Notes under the pieces: generated by a model | Told to the model about the DNA's origin: nothing | Seen by the model: the letters and a program-made list of their open reading frames with translations, nothing else | Database searches by the model: none | Source: the human T2T-CHM13v2.0 reference genome, Homo sapiens | Length of the DNA stretch: 64,000 bases | Reading direction: 5' to 3' (one strand) | NCBI RefSeq assembly: GCF_009914755.1 | Contig: NC_060945.1 | In this document: piece after piece, positions 16,241 through 32,270 of the stretch | Layout: each line of letters opens with the position of its first letter | How positions within the stretch are numbered: the stretch's first letter is position 1 | Position numbers and translations under genes: made by a program

Positions 16241-16732
16241 CATACCTATATATGTGTGTATATGTATAATAGAATGAAAATATAACGAATTTAGAATTGT
16301 TATATCTTCCCGGTGAATAAAGCATCCTTCTTTGTCTCTAATATATTTGTCTCCAATAATTTTATGCCTAAAGTCAATTTTGTCTGATATTAGTATATGT
16401 ACATTAGCTTTCTTTTTCTGAGTATTGCCACATTATGCTTTTTCCATTATTTTATTTTAAGTCACTTTTATTCTTACGTTTTCGGTATTGTGGAATGCAG
16501 CAAAGCAATGCCTAGAGAGAAATATTGATCTTAAATGCATTTCTTCAGTTTAAAATTTTTTCTTAATCAATATTTTTTCAAGTATTTTTTCTGAGCATTC
16601 TTTTCCACTTCTCCTTTTCAGACTCCAGTAAATAGTTTTTAAAACTTCTCACAGTATCTTCTATGTTTTTTACCACCTCTTTTGAATGTTCAATTTTTAT
16701 GTCCCTATCCATGCTTGATTCTGGATAGTTTC

Positions 16733-17040
<308 letters not shown>

Positions 17041-17236
17041 TAATTTCTTTTATCCATTTTCAAGTTCACTAATTTTCTTATTAGCTGGCCCAATGTTCTG
17101 TTAAACCCATCCATTGAGTTCTTAATTTCAAAATTATATATTGCAGTTCTTAAATTTGTATATGAACTTTTTCAAATCTGTCATGTCTTTCTAAAATAGT
17201 TTAACGGTCTTACCTATTTAAAAGCTTTACCTGGTT

Positions 17237-17562
17237 GGCTGGGCACAGTGGCTCATGCCTGTAATCCCAGCACTTTGGGAGGCCAAGGCAGGCGGTCTCA
17301 AGTTCAGGTCAGGAACTCCTGAGGTCAGGAGTTCAAGACCAGCCTGGCCAACATGGCAAAACCCCATCTCTAGTAAAAATATGAAAATTAGCCGGGCATG
17401 GTGGCATGTACTTGTAATCCCACCTACTTGGGAGGCTGAAGCAGGAGAATCACTTGAACCCTGGGGTCAAAAGTTGCAGTGAGCCGAGATCACCCCACTG
17501 CACTCCAGCATGGGTGACAAAGTGAGACTCTGCCTCAAAAAAAATTAAAATAAAATAAAAAG
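17237..17562 (+). mobile_element. Alu (S) with 17-bp TSD AAAAGCTTTACCTGGTT
   Basis: TSD at 17220-17236 and 17563-17579. Confidence 0.95.
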
Positions 17563-18763
17563 AAAAGCTTTACCTGGTTAATTTCAGTATCTGGAGCCCA
17601 TGATGGTTGAATTTTATTGTCCTCGTTTCTGTGGATTCTTGTCCACACTGTCTTTTCTTTTTGTGTGTTTGCTTATTTTAGATTGTGTGCTAGACATTGT
17701 ATTTGGAAAAAAAAATACATTTTGTGGACACAATCTGCTGATACACTCTTTCTCTGCAAATTTTTTGTAACTACCAAGCAACTGGGTATATTCACAATCT
17801 GGAATCATCTTAATCTAATTTTAGAAATTGAGATTTTTCTGGACCCTCGAGATATCTAAAAACTGAAATAAAGTTATTGAAATGATTTGTCTATTTCCGG
17901 CTTTTTTTTTTTCCTTAGATGTAATTCTTCAAAGTCCTAATGTGAAGAAGAAGGGTTGCTAAGACCCCCACCCTCAAAATTGGAGTGTCTCAGATGCTAA
18001 ATTTTGTCCTTTATTCCTACAGAATGGCAAAAACATATGGCTCCACCTCTTAACCATCTCTTCCATGACTAAAAAAACACTCCCAAGGAAAAATTGCCCC
18101 AAATGCTGGGTTCATTTGCCTGAATTTTTATCTTCTTCCTCATGTTGGCCCAGTAGTTTTTTGCTATCTCACTAGCCCATCAGTATTCAAGTATTTTTTT
18201 TTTAAGTATTTTGTTCAAAAGTTTCTGGCTATCTGCCAAAAGAAGGTTCGTCCATATTGCTTAGTTCACCATTACTAGAAAGAGAAGCTTTATACTGTCA
18301 TGCTCAGTAGAAATTTAAAAATAGCTCATCTTCTTCTGACACCAATACATCATAGCTTCGTATTTTCTCACTTTGACAGCCTGGTTATGCTGTTCTATAC
18401 TCTTGAATACAAGTGGGAAAAAACAATTTGGTCAAACTTTTTAAAAAGTTTGGATGCTTGAGCACAGACTAACCAAAAAGTCTGAATATGATGCATTCCA
18501 AAGATTCTGTGTCCACGGGGTGTCTAGAGTTCAGAATGCATGTTTCCATGCCTGACAGGCCAACCCACAGGAACCCCTCATGGGGCTGAGCTACGGAGGC
18601 TACAGCAGTGGCCCAAATTCTGTGTTATGGAAGCAGCAGGTACAGATAGAAAGAGAACTACAGGAGAAAGAAATGTGCCCCCTCTCATGCTAGGGCCCTC
18701 ACGCATGAAGGACCCCAGGAGAAAATGTCAGACAGGCCTTCCCTGGGGTTGGCATGTGCCCGC

Positions 18764-19166
18764 TGTATTAGTCTGTTCTTACACTGCTATAAAGAACTAC
18801 CTGAGACTGGGTAATTTATGAAAAAAAGCAGTTGAATTGACTCATAGTTCTGCAGGCTGTATAGGAAGCATGGCTGGGAGCGCCGCAGGAAACTTACAAT
18901 TATGGCAGAAGAGTGAAGGGGAAGCAAGCACCTTCTTCACGTGGCAGAGCAGGAGGAAGAGAATGAAGTTGGGGGCTGGTCGTGCTAGGCACTTTTAAAC
19001 AACCAGGTCTTGGAAGAACTCTATCAAGAGACAGCACCGGGGGATGGTACTAAACTATTAGAAACCACGCCATGATCCAGTCACCTCCCACCAGGCCCCA
19101 CCTCCAACACTGGAGAATTATAATTCAACATGGATTTGGGTAGGGACACAGAGCCAAACCACATCA
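18764..19166 (-). mobile_element. MSTA-type MaLR solo LTR, TSD CCCGC/CCCAC
   Basis: TGTATTAGTCTG...GGAAGCATGGCTGGGA...GAGCCAAACCACATCA. Confidence 0.9.
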
Positions 19167-20892
19167 CCCACCTCTCTGCATTCTGAGCACACTGCTTCCC
19201 TTATTCCAAACTCTCCAGGTGCCCTGGGCCTTCCTGAGGTGCTCGGGACCCAATGAAGGGTCCCCATCCACCCTGTCCTCCCTGCTCAAAGTGCCCCATG
19301 CTCCCAAATCCAACCGTTCCCTCCAATAATAAAACCTCAAATTCTCTCCTTGCTGGCCACCTCCGTTCAGAGTTGAGGGAGGGAAGAAACTGCAAACTCA
19401 TACTAATCCCCTGCCAGTTTGTCTTAGTTTTCAAAGTGACTCTTCTTATAACAGGTGTAACAAGTGAATTGATCATTTCGGGCAAGGAAACAGAGCGGAG
19501 AGGAAGCCTGAAGGCAAAGTTGGGGAACCGATGTGGAGGCAACAGTTAGAGAGAAGGTCATTGAGGAGAGGGCACTTCCACTGCCGCCTCCCTCAGCGGG
19601 GTCCTGCCTTTCCAGCCCCTCTCCCTCCAAATCCCAGGATTCTCTCAGCGCCAGGGCCAGGGATTTACTTCCAGTGGTTCTGGGGGTGTCCATGTGGTAT
19701 TAAGGAGCCACAACTGACAGAGAAGATGGGATAGGGGCACTTGGGGGCTGCCCTGAGGCTCCTGGGACTTACTGGATTTATGAGGATTTATGAGAATTTA
19801 GGAACTAGGCATCCATAACCCTAGGAGTCTCTGGACTCATATTTTTAAGATTTTTGCCTCAGATAAATAAAATATTTTTATAGGCTACAACGTTGCTGCT
19901 TTTTTTCTGTTCTTTAAATCATCAGTTTAAAAATAAATTGCATTCAAGTTTTCATTCCTGGCAGGGTGCAGGGTTAAGCCGCCTACATTTGACTTTAACA
20001 GATGATTTCATTGCACTCAATTTTTTTATAAAACAGAAAACCTTCCTAGGTTGTTGCAACCACAAAGAGGAGGCTACTATATAAGAAGGTAAAGGATTCT
20101 TAACACACCGCAGAGCCGCACAGGTCTTTGTCGTTAGCCAAGCTGGATCCTGGCAACCACCTAGGACAGTCAACGTGGGGTTTTCTATTTTACAGGTGAA
20201 GAAAATGAGGCTTTCCGGTCTGGCTGCTCATCCAGGGCCCTGGTTCCCAGTACAGCGGGCCACGCTGGGCTAGGGTATTATCTGTGTGTCTGCATAACCC
20301 CCTCCCGTGGTTGACAGAGTTTGTCTGATCAAAGCATCTTTAGTGGAAAACCACACTCACCACAGGGCTATTTTCACACACCCAAACTTCGGAATACATT
20401 TTTTTTCCAGAGAGGACTTCTCTGGGACAAAGTAACACTTTTACATCCCACTGCTGGTCTGGGCAGTCAACTCCCTGATGTCTCGGTTTCTGAACATACC
20501 TTGGCAAACTCCAAGAGGAGTCCAGGCGAGAGGAATGGTCCTGTGTAGGCAGAGACGCCCCAGGCAGTGCCGGAGCTGAGCTTCCCAGGCAGACCCTGTT
20601 GCCCTGGATCTCACCCCGGGTCTAGCCCTGCTGGCAGACCTGTGAGGTGTTCCTGAATTGGGTTCAGATGTCCCCCCAGACCAGCCCTCTTACAGGCAAA
20701 GCCTGTCCCAATGCTGGCCCGTACCTGTTGTCACAGGACCTGAGCTTTAGGGGATTTCGCAATTTCAGATGAGGAAGCTGATTAATGAGTGGCTCAGAAC
20801 ATGGAGGACGCTGGGAGCAGAGCCGAGCAAGGCAACCTGCAGCCCGTTCCTGCCCCATCAGATGCGCCTCGGGGCTCGGGGCTGCACGTAGT

Positions 20893-22673
20893 CACACGCA
20901 GTACACACACACACCACACATACATCACACACCACACACACACTACACACACATCACACACCACACACCACATACACACACCACATACCACATACACCAC
21001 ACACCACACACAGTACACACACACCACACACCACACACACATCAAACACCACACACACTACACGCACACCACACACCACATACACACACACCACACACAT
21101 ACCACACACCACACATACCACACACCACACACACCACACACCACATACACACACACACCACACGCACCACACACCACACACTACACACCACACACACACC
21201 ACACACACATCACACACCATACACACTATGCGCATACCACACACCGCATACACACACACCACACACACACCACATACACACACCACACACACATCACACA
21301 CCACACACTACACACACCATACACCACATACACACCACACACACCACACACCACACACACCACATACACACACACCACACACCACACACACACTACACGC
21401 ACACCACACACCACATACAAACACACCACGCACACCACACACACTACACACACACCACACACACTACACACACACCTCACACACCATACATACCACACAC
21501 ACCACACACACACCACAAACGCACTATACACACTACACGCACACCACACACAAACACAAACACACTACACACACACCACACACCACAGACACCACACACA
21601 CTACACACCACACACACCATACACCACACACCACACACACCACACACACCACACACATCACATACGACACCCACTACGTGCATACCACACACCACACACA
21701 CCACATACACACACACCACACACACATCACACACCACACACCACATACACACACACCACACACACCACACACCACACACACTACACACACACCACACACA
21801 CCTCACACACCATACATACCACACACACCACACACACCACAAACGCACTACACACACTACACACACACCACAAACACACTGCACACACACCACACACACA
21901 CCACACACCACACCACACACCACACACACCTCACACACCATACATACCACCACACCACACACACACCACAAACCACACACACACCACACACTGCACACAC
22001 ACCACACACACACCACACACACCATACACCACACACACCACACACATACCACACACTCCACACATCACACACCACACACATACCACACACACACTACACA
22101 CATACCACACACTCCACACACCACACACACACCGCACACACATCACACACCACACACATACCACACACACACCACACACACACCACACTACACACACACA
22201 GCACACACACCGCACACATCACACACACACACCACACACACAAACGTACCACGAATGCACACTTTCACGCACACACCCCCCACACACAAATACACATACA
22301 CCACACACACATAAACTTACCACAGATGCACACATGCAGACACACACCACGCACCACCCCCACACCACACAGAAACACATACACACCACACACACAAACG
22401 TATCACAGATGCACACATGCAGACATATCCACAGCATGCAAACACACATACACCACACACATCACACCATACACATACCACACACACATACATACTCATA
22501 CACACCACACACCCATATACACAGACACCATACACACACCACACACACATATTCACACAGACACATACACACCACATATACATACACACAAACAGTTGCA
22601 CATACATACACACAGACACACACAAGTACACACACTACACAGACAAGCACACACATCACACACACACACAGAC
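20893..22673. repeat. ~1.8-kb CA-rich low-complexity array (ACACC/CACA units)
   Basis: Almost exclusively C and A on the + strand; source of the His/Thr/Pro and Val/Cys ORFs. Confidence 0.97.
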
Positions 22674-24637
22674 ATGACCCCTAGCCATGCCCAACTTTGC
22701 ACTGGTCACTAATAATTTTTCTGGTTCTACCAATATTTACCGCTCTGATCAGGGAAGTGTCTGCATTTTTCTATTTCAAAGCTGTTCTGTAGGTATCACG
22801 TCGGGGGTGGTAATATTGGCCACCCTACGTCCTGTGTGCAGAGAAGGAATGAAGAGCGATTTGTGAACGCGAAGCAGCAAAGCTACTAACGGGTGCAGTT
22901 AAGAAACAGAACAATCAAGAAGAAACAAGAAAACGCCCTCCAGGAAACAGAAACCGGGTGCAGAGGCACTGTCTGCAGACCTACTGGAGCCTCAGGCAAC
23001 CTGCGGAGGAAAAGCCCCAAAGTTCTTTTCAATCTTTGCTCCTGATAGAGAAAGACGGTGTTGCACCGTTCTTTTCATTTGCATGCGTGGAATTTCCAGT
23101 GAGGTCCACGCTCGCTGGCTCGCTGGCAGCTCCGTGGAATCCGCCCCACCCTTGCAGAGCTCTTTCATTGATTTGAAAGAGCCTCTGTGTGTACATAGTG
23201 CGACTGTTCCGAAGTCTTTATCACAGTTACTGGTGATGCTTTTTTCCAGATGTCCTCGACGTGCACCCATGAAGGGCTCCACCTGAGAGTGCCAGGGTCC
23301 TCCGTGGGATGGGGCTGGAGGGGGTGCTCTTGCCGTCCTGGGCTCCCAAGCAGCCATAGGAACAATAGGGTGATGGGGTCCCAGAGATAGAGGCCAGTGA
23401 CAGCAGCGCTTTGAACCCCTCACACGGGCACGGGCCCTCTGGCAGGGATGGGCGTCCCGGTCACACGGAGATGGGGGCTGCTGCTGCCTGCAGGTAGAGG
23501 AAGGGACGTGTTTGGCAGTCCTGTGACCCCTGGGCACCTCGCCTCCCCCACGGCCGGCTCTGCTTGTAAACAGACAAGTGCACAAGCGCAGCCCGGTGAA
23601 GGCACAGCGGTCCCAGGAGGCATCTGGGCTGCACCCCAGCGAGCCGCCCATACACGTGGAGATGCCGGCCAAGGCCCTGCAGCACACGGCAGAGGAAGGC
23701 GCGATGGGAGCCATGCTGGGCCCGGAAGGTGCCGCCGCCCGGAGCTGTAGCCATCACTCCAGCTCTTCTTTTAAGTGTTCCCAGAAATTGTGACCCACCA
23801 AAATCTGAGAGCACCCGACAGTAAGCCAGAGGACCTTGATGTGAGATCCCAGCACGGTGTGGGGGCGGACTGTGGTGGGTGCTGTCTCGGCCCCCACCCC
23901 TTCCACAGGTCGGTGTGCACATCCCACGGCGCCTGCTAAGCTGCAGTCTTCTCCAAAGGGGTCACTCTCCGTGGGAAGGGAGCCACCCGCCCCCGGGTGA
24001 TGTCCCCAGTCAGTGACTGACGACAGTCCCCAGCCGAGGTGAGGGACCAGCTCCTGCATCCCTCACTCCGGGGCTTGCCTGTGGGCCAGGGTGGGGGCGA
24101 GCCTCAGCAGAGACCGCGTCCCCCTTGCCTGTCCTGCCCTGCCTCCCCTGCCTCCCCCGCGCCTCTGCTGAGCACGCCCAGAGGGAGCTGCTTGCTGCGG
24201 AATCCCCACGTCTAGAGAAGGCAGCCTGAGACACAGCGGCGGTGGACGCGCACTCAGCCATTTTTCCTGAGATAGGGATGGATTTATGTTGATCTTGCCA
24301 CATCTTTCTACTGCTTCCTCTAAGGTGCAAATATTTTTAAAACAGCTGTGGCTAGTGAAGTCTCACATGGTCTCAGAATCATTCCAGGTGCAGAGAAAGC
24401 CCAGATGTTGAGCCCTAGCATACGGAGGCCTTAGGAGTCAATGACCTGAGAAGCTTCCAGCAAAGCACCCAACACTGATGTTAAAACCAGCACGAACCGC
24501 CCCACCTCCCCACCTCCCCGCAAGCGTTGCCGGGACTGACAGATTACAGAGCTCTGCTCCCTCTGCACTCCTGCTCTGCCACCCCCAGGGTGTCAGAATG
24601 TGCCCCCCACACAGTTTCCAAAAGATTCCACACATCT

Positions 24638-25174
<537 letters not shown>

Positions 25175-25805
25175 TTAATCCTGGGGCTGGGGAAATCACT
25201 GCTTAAATAAAACAGAGGTTCATTAGCAACAGCAAAGGGCTTAGAGCCAACAGTGCCTGCCACCCTCCACCCTTAGAGAATTAAACCAGTGCTGGAGTAG
25301 AGCGTCACCAGGTGGTGGAAGGACCTTTGATGGTGCTGATCTCAGGGTCTATATTTAGTATCTAAAATAATTAACTGGTTGTTCACTGCCCAACACTGTA
25401 ATTCATTCATTCTTTGAACATTCGTTAAGTACTTATCACTGATATTTCAGACAGTATTATAGATATAGTGATCTTTATCCCGGCTCCTTATGTAAGCAAT
25501 ATTACCAATAATAGAGTTGAAGATAAAAGGAAGGAAGCAAGCTTCCAAAGAAATAACCCAACGCAGAATTTAATAATGTCTCATTAACCTGGTGGTTGTT
25601 CATCAGATACTCTGTGGTCTTTATTAAAATGCAGCTCAGCAGGCAGCATCCCAGCACTTTTCCTGTGGTGAGGAATCTCGTTAAGTTGGGGAGCAAGGCC
25701 CCCAAGTTTTGCCACAAGAGCAGGAAAAGACGAAGTTCTTTCCTTCTCCCTGGAAGCCTAGATGTGGATTTGTGGCTCTCGGCCAGACAACTTACTGAAA
25801 CGTTG

Positions 25806-26009
25806 GTAAGTACATGCGCCTGTTTGAGATGTTTGCCTGTACACCCGTTCATGAATGCTCTGTGAGGTCTTCTCTGGCTATAAGGCCCCATTGTTTTAAA
25901 GACAGCAACTTACAATAACTTAAAATGTCTGTTTTGCCTGGACCCACCATGGAAAGAATTGAATTAACGTGAAGTGTGTTGCAGTGAGTTCTGTGATGTA
26001 TAAATTGCT
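25806..26009 (+). repeat. Left arm of ~205-bp inverted repeat
   Basis: Reverse complement of 28592-28797; core 25886-25968 has 2 mismatches in 83 bp. Confidence 0.95.
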
Positions 26010-26869
26010 GAGAACAAAGCAAAGCAAGGGCGAGGGGCATCTGTGACTACACTGCAGAAACGGGAGAGGGGCCAGGGCCGTCTTCAGAGGTGGCTGTGCC
26101 GTGACGGTGTCTGCAGGCAACAGTGTTGTCGCAGATGGCCATGGGTGATCTGACTATGCTCTCAGCCGCTGGGCCTGCCTGGGCCCCTGTCCTTTCCTCA
26201 GCTGGCTCTCCAGCTTTTCCTCAATCCCATGACTGTTGGTTATTCAAGGGAGGCTGGTTTCTGTCGTTTCAAAACAGGAATCCAGGCCCACGTCCCTCAC
26301 CAGGGAGGATTCCCTGACTGCTCACCTGACAGGTGCTGCTGACTGGTGCACAGGGCTGGCACCCCCAACTGTACACTGGGCAGGTACCTCTGGCTGTAGG
26401 TAGGGATGGTGCCCCCCCACTGTACACTAGGCAGGTACCTCCGGCTGTAGGTAGGGATGGTGGCCCTCACTAGTACCCCAGGCCAGTTCCCATGACTATG
26501 CAGGAGGCTGGGACCCCTGACTGTACACTCAGATGGGACCCCTGACTCTACCCCGGGGACGGAAACCCTGACCGTATGCCAGACAGGTACCCTCTGACTG
26601 TAAACTAGGATGGGATCCCTGACTGTACTCCAGGCAGGTACCTCTGTTAACTGACAAATGATGAGGTTCATGAATTTCAGAAGGAGAGTTTTATTTCTCA
26701 TAGAGTTGCAGCCTGCGCAGTGGCCATTATGACAGGCTGGGAAGTGTAGCCTCCAGCCAGAAGCCACAAACAGGCACCTCAAGGGAGGAGCAAAGGGAAG
26801 AGGAATTTATGCTGGTGGCGTGGCTAAATATATATATTCAATTAGCTCTAGGAAAGCCATGAATATTTA

Positions 26870-27549
<680 letters not shown>

Positions 27550-27601
27550 TTAGCACCATCCAAGGGTGGAGTGTTTGGCCCTCTGACATCAAAAGGTGAA
27601 G

Positions 27602-27682
27602 CTGAGGGCACGAACCCTCACTGGGCATCTGAGGGCACGAACCCTCACTGGGCATCTGAGGGCATGAACCCTCACTGGGCAT
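27602..27682 (+). repeat. 27-bp tandem triplication
   Basis: CTGAGGGCA(C/T)GAACCCTCACTGGGCAT x3. Confidence 0.95.
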
Positions 27683-28591
27683 CCCCTGTAGACCATCTAG
27701 ATCCACTCCACGGCCTCTCGTCGGGCAGGAATGCTGGTCGGTTGCTTGTTGAAAGCACACAAGGGAGGGGCGGAGTCCAGCGGTGGGTGGATATCAGAGA
27801 GGAGTCTGTTGAAAAGGCTGGTTTCTGTTTAGCCCTGAGGAAAGAAACAAGGGAAGTTAACGAGGGAGGAGGCATAACAAGTTATGTCCAACCTCCCATC
27901 CCATCAGGGCCAGGAACTCGGTTTCCCTGGAGTTCCTCTGGGCTGAGAGGAAGACATCTGTTCAGTCAGTTGGTGGACTTAGTAGTTCATCTTTCTCACC
28001 CGTGACTGTACACCCGGCACATACCCCCGACCATATACCAGGCAGGCATCTCTGACTGTACTCCCGGCAGGTACCCCTGACCTAACATGTGACTGGTACA
28101 TGAGCTGGTACCCTGGCTGGCACACATTCTTTGTAGGTCCAGTCTTACTGACATGCTGAAACAATTAGCTGTGCTTTTATTTCTAGGTTTCAGACCCATC
28201 GTAAGGCCATGGTCAATTTCTCTTACTCCCCAAGGGACACAGTCAAGAGAGATTGTTGTCACATAGGGGCCTTCTTTCAATGAATATGTTTGCATCTGAA
28301 AGAGGTAACCCACGATTGCCTGCCAGAAATGAGGGAAACAGACCGTGTCCTGAACTGCTTCCCACATACAAATCACCGCTTGTTTCCCAGGACATCTCAG
28401 TGCCAACAACTCCCTCGCAGCACATGACTCCCCCGGCATCTTCCGAAGGCTTGCATTTTCTCCACGAGCCATTACCTCTTGAAAAACTTTCACAAAGAAG
28501 ACGTAAGGGCTTAAGTGGCGTGGAAAGTGGGTTTCACACAATGAGTCTATTTGAAAAGATCTTCAGGGGCTTCCAAATCCCTCTCTCCGGG

Positions 28592-28797
28592 AGCAGTTTA
28601 TACTTCACACCGCTCATGGCAACACTGTCTTTAGGTTAATTCAATTCTTTCCATGGTGGGTCCAGGCAAAACAAACATTTTAAGTTATTATAAGTTGCTG
28701 TCTTTAAAACAATGGGGACTTATACCCAGACAGGACCTCACGGAGAATTCTTGAGCGCGTATACAGACAAAAATCTCAAACTGGTGTATGTACTTAC
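28592..28797 (-). repeat. Right arm of ~205-bp inverted repeat
   Basis: Reverse complement of 25806-26009. Confidence 0.95.
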
Positions 28798-29704
28798 TGA
28801 GATTTCTGAAATAGGAAAAATCTACTCATACCCCTATGAGGAATAAGCCCTCCTCTTGTCCCCATTGCTGGCAGGGCACACTGTCTCGTGTTCTCTTAGG
28901 ACAATGCTCAGATTTGACGTGTTGTCACTGTGGGGTGGCCTGCAGTGCAGATTCCTAACATGAATGTGATTCATTCAACGCAGAAACTCTAGAGAGCTAC
29001 AATCTTTGTCCGAAATGGTCTAAAAGTGAAGGTGAATTAAGGCATGGCTCACAGGAATTATTGTCAACTTGACTTGACAAAAGTTGAAAAGGTTGAAAAT
29101 GGTGCCAGCAGGCACAGGTAAGCCCTCTAAGTCAAATCATCTTTTTCCCGTCAGTGCTTTCATGTTGTGTGTGACGAGTGAAAAACGTGATATTCATTCC
29201 TGCTTCAAAAACTTATAAGGGACTGGCTCTGGCAATAGAAAGCTGGCAGAAATCATAGATTTCAGGAATAAATGTAAACATCTGTCCAAGACATCCCATC
29301 TTCTATATGGACGAGTTAAAGCACATCCAGAAATTTATACCATTTTTTGTATTAGTATATGAAAGAAATGCAATTAAAAGCTAAAAATAAGAAAACATCT
29401 ACTATTAAAACACAAAGACATTTACAAAGACAGCTGCACCTGTCACAGCATAGGGTAAGCGTGGGTCTTAAGCTCACCTGTCCATTGTCAGCAATTTATT
29501 GGGACCTTATTGTAAACAAGAAATGGGTTAAACAGTAAAGGTGCCAGACAGGTCATGAAACACCTGATCTCCATCTTCAAGCAGCTTATGCTATAGTTGA
29601 CTGTCAGGAATCAGGAAAAACGCACTTGTTCTTGTTACCCGAGACGAGCGATTTAGCAGCCTTCTAAATAGCTTTGTAGAAGTCAGATGTTTTATTCTAC
29701 CTTA

Positions 29705-30021
<317 letters not shown>

Positions 30022-30910
30022 ATAAACTGCAAGTCCAACACTCTTGTTTGGCCGTTCAATTCGGGCTGCATAGATGCTGTAAAAGTATAGACAGTTCCCA
30101 CTTCAATCCTTCTCTACTTTCCTTTAACATCAACACCATTTAGCCAGAATGACAAGTAGTCGGAATGCCAGAGAGCAGAAACAACACCCCGGTGCTTGCC
30201 CTCATTCCTCTGGATGAGTGATGCTCACCAATGTGGGCTGCTCTTCTTCCCCAGACAGGGTCTGTGCTTCTCCCCTAAGCCCCGGTGCCCTCATGCAATC
30301 CAGTCCCTCCCTGGAGTTCTTTGCTCCGTGTCTGTCTCCACGCCAGGCCTCTATGAGGATGAGCTGTGGTTACTCAACCAGGATCTCGAGGCCCCAGCTC
30401 AGTGTCCAATACACGTCAGCATTCAAAATCATACTACTGAATGAATGAGTGAACAGATGGTACATCAACCTATTTGCTATTTTTCTTCACAAGGGCATTG
30501 CATAGAGCTCTTCGGTTCAAGATTTAGCCATTGTCATATACCCACTGCTGGTGAACTTGAAGGCATCACTTTCCTCCACTCTTGTACCAGCCTGCCAGTG
30601 ACTGAACTTGGTGCAGGATGGGTCACTGCCATATCAGAGATGCCAGCTGGCCTCCCCTGTCTACCTGGTCATCACACAGGGCAGGAGGAATCCGTCAGCG
30701 TCTGGTGCCACGTGCCTCTCATTAGAAGGCTGAGCCCATCTACTGCCCAGACACTGCTGCCTTTTTTCACGACTTCCTTTAAAACAAATGAATTCCTATG
30801 ATGTGTCTGGCATCATGCTGGGTGCTGCAGCGATTACAGAGGGAAAAAAGATATACTTCCAGTCCTCAAGGAGTTTGCGGTCCAGTAGGGGGATAACCAC
30901 ATCTAGATCA

Positions 30911-31513
30911 TGTAAACCAAAAATAAAATCCTAAGGCCCTCCCCCACCTCCACCCAACCATCTAAACGGACTTCCTCCTCAGCCAGGGCAGTGTTAAAAT
31001 TTAACCTGAAAGCCTGGTTCAGGCCATGAAGGACGTGGGGATCGGACATGCCTGATTATGTTTACCTCTCCAGCATTAACGTCAACACAGACCTTAAGAA
31101 ACATTTCACAGCGTGTTCTCCCTGAAGCCTGACAGCTAGAAGCTTCATCTGCATGAATAAACTTTGGTCTTTGCAGTGTCTTATCGCAGCCCAAACATTC
31201 CTTTCTATTGATCCCAGGTCTTTAGACAAACTCAACCAATTGTCAACCAGAAAATGTTTAAATTCACCTATAGCCTGGAAGCCCCCTACTCTGAGTTGCC
31301 TCACCTTTCTGAACCAAACCAATGTCTTTCTTAAATGTACTTGATTGATGTCTCATGCCTCTCTAAAATGTATAAAGCCAAGCTGCATCCCGACCACCTT
31401 GGGAACATGTTCTCAGGACTTCCTGAGGCTGTGTCACGGGTGTGCGTTCTCAACCTTGGCAAAATAAAGTTTCTAAATTAACTGAGACCTGTCTTAGATT
31501 TTCTGGGTCTACA
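30911..31513 (+). mobile_element. MER4-family LTR
   Basis: TGTAAACCAAAAATAAAATCCTAAGG...AATTAACTGAGACCTGTC...GGGTCTACA. Confidence 0.85.
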
Positions 31514-32144
31514 ACCCTGCTGTACCAGCAGAGTCAGGGGACAGCCAGAGAAAGAGGTTCAGGGGGATGAAGCACCCCCAGCAGGGCCAAGTCACCTTCT
31601 ACAGCTCGACTCGCTCAGCCATCCAAGACCACTTGGCTTTTTTTTTTTTTTCCTGCACAAGCTGTGCTTTGAAGTGTGTGGGGTCTTAAAAATCCTGCCC
31701 ATTCTATTTTGATCAGGCTTCTGTCATCTGCATTGCCATCCTGGGACAAGTTGTCAGTCACTGTCTCCCTGAAATGCACGTGGAGATGCACAGGCTAATC
31801 TAGGGACAGCTGGATACATGACTAATATTACCGAGGAGCTAACGAGAGCCTGTGACGTTGAGATGCTGAGGAGATGGACTGGTCGTAAGCGTTCCCCAGG
31901 TTTATAGCCTTCTTTTCAGCACCCCTCATGCCTTCCTGTGGTTGTCAGCATCCCGGATTATCCTGATCATGGGGCAAAGAGAATGGGGGCTTTCCCCAGG
32001 GCCTTGAAGTGGCAGCTGGACCCACATTGCAGGAGGTCTCACCCTGCACCAGCAGCCCCACCCTAGCCCCAGCCACAACACTCTTGGCCCCCAGCTGTAT
32101 CCTGAATTTGCAGCAAGCAGGAAGCTCAACACAAGGGGAGAAGA

Positions 32145-32270
32145 GCCTGTGGGTTCTTTAGAATGCAGACTACCAGGCCCACCCTCAGAGATTCTGATCC
32201 ATTTGGTCCAGGCTGGGGCCCAGGCATCACCATTTTTAACACTCCCCGGCAGATACTCACAGGCACCCAG
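32145..32270. mobile_element. MER5A (hAT-Charlie) fragment
   Basis: AATGCAGA..CCAGGCCCCACCCTCAGAGATTCTGAT...GGGGCCCAGG..TTTTTAAC. Confidence 0.75.

Noticed and set aside
20785-22712. 509-, 631- and 494-aa His/Thr-rich ORFs
   Set aside because: Open only because the C/A array cannot form stop codons; no coding features.
22992-23714. 240-aa minus-strand ORF
   Set aside because: GC-rich region with overlapping ORFs on both strands, no recognisable domain or splice support.
27602-27682. CRISPR-like hairpin repeats
   Set aside because: No unique spacers; eukaryotic tandem triplication inside an LTR.
29200-29240. IQ-motif-like LLQKLIRDWLWQ in an alternative frame
   Set aside because: That frame has many stops immediately downstream and lacks a suitable acceptor.
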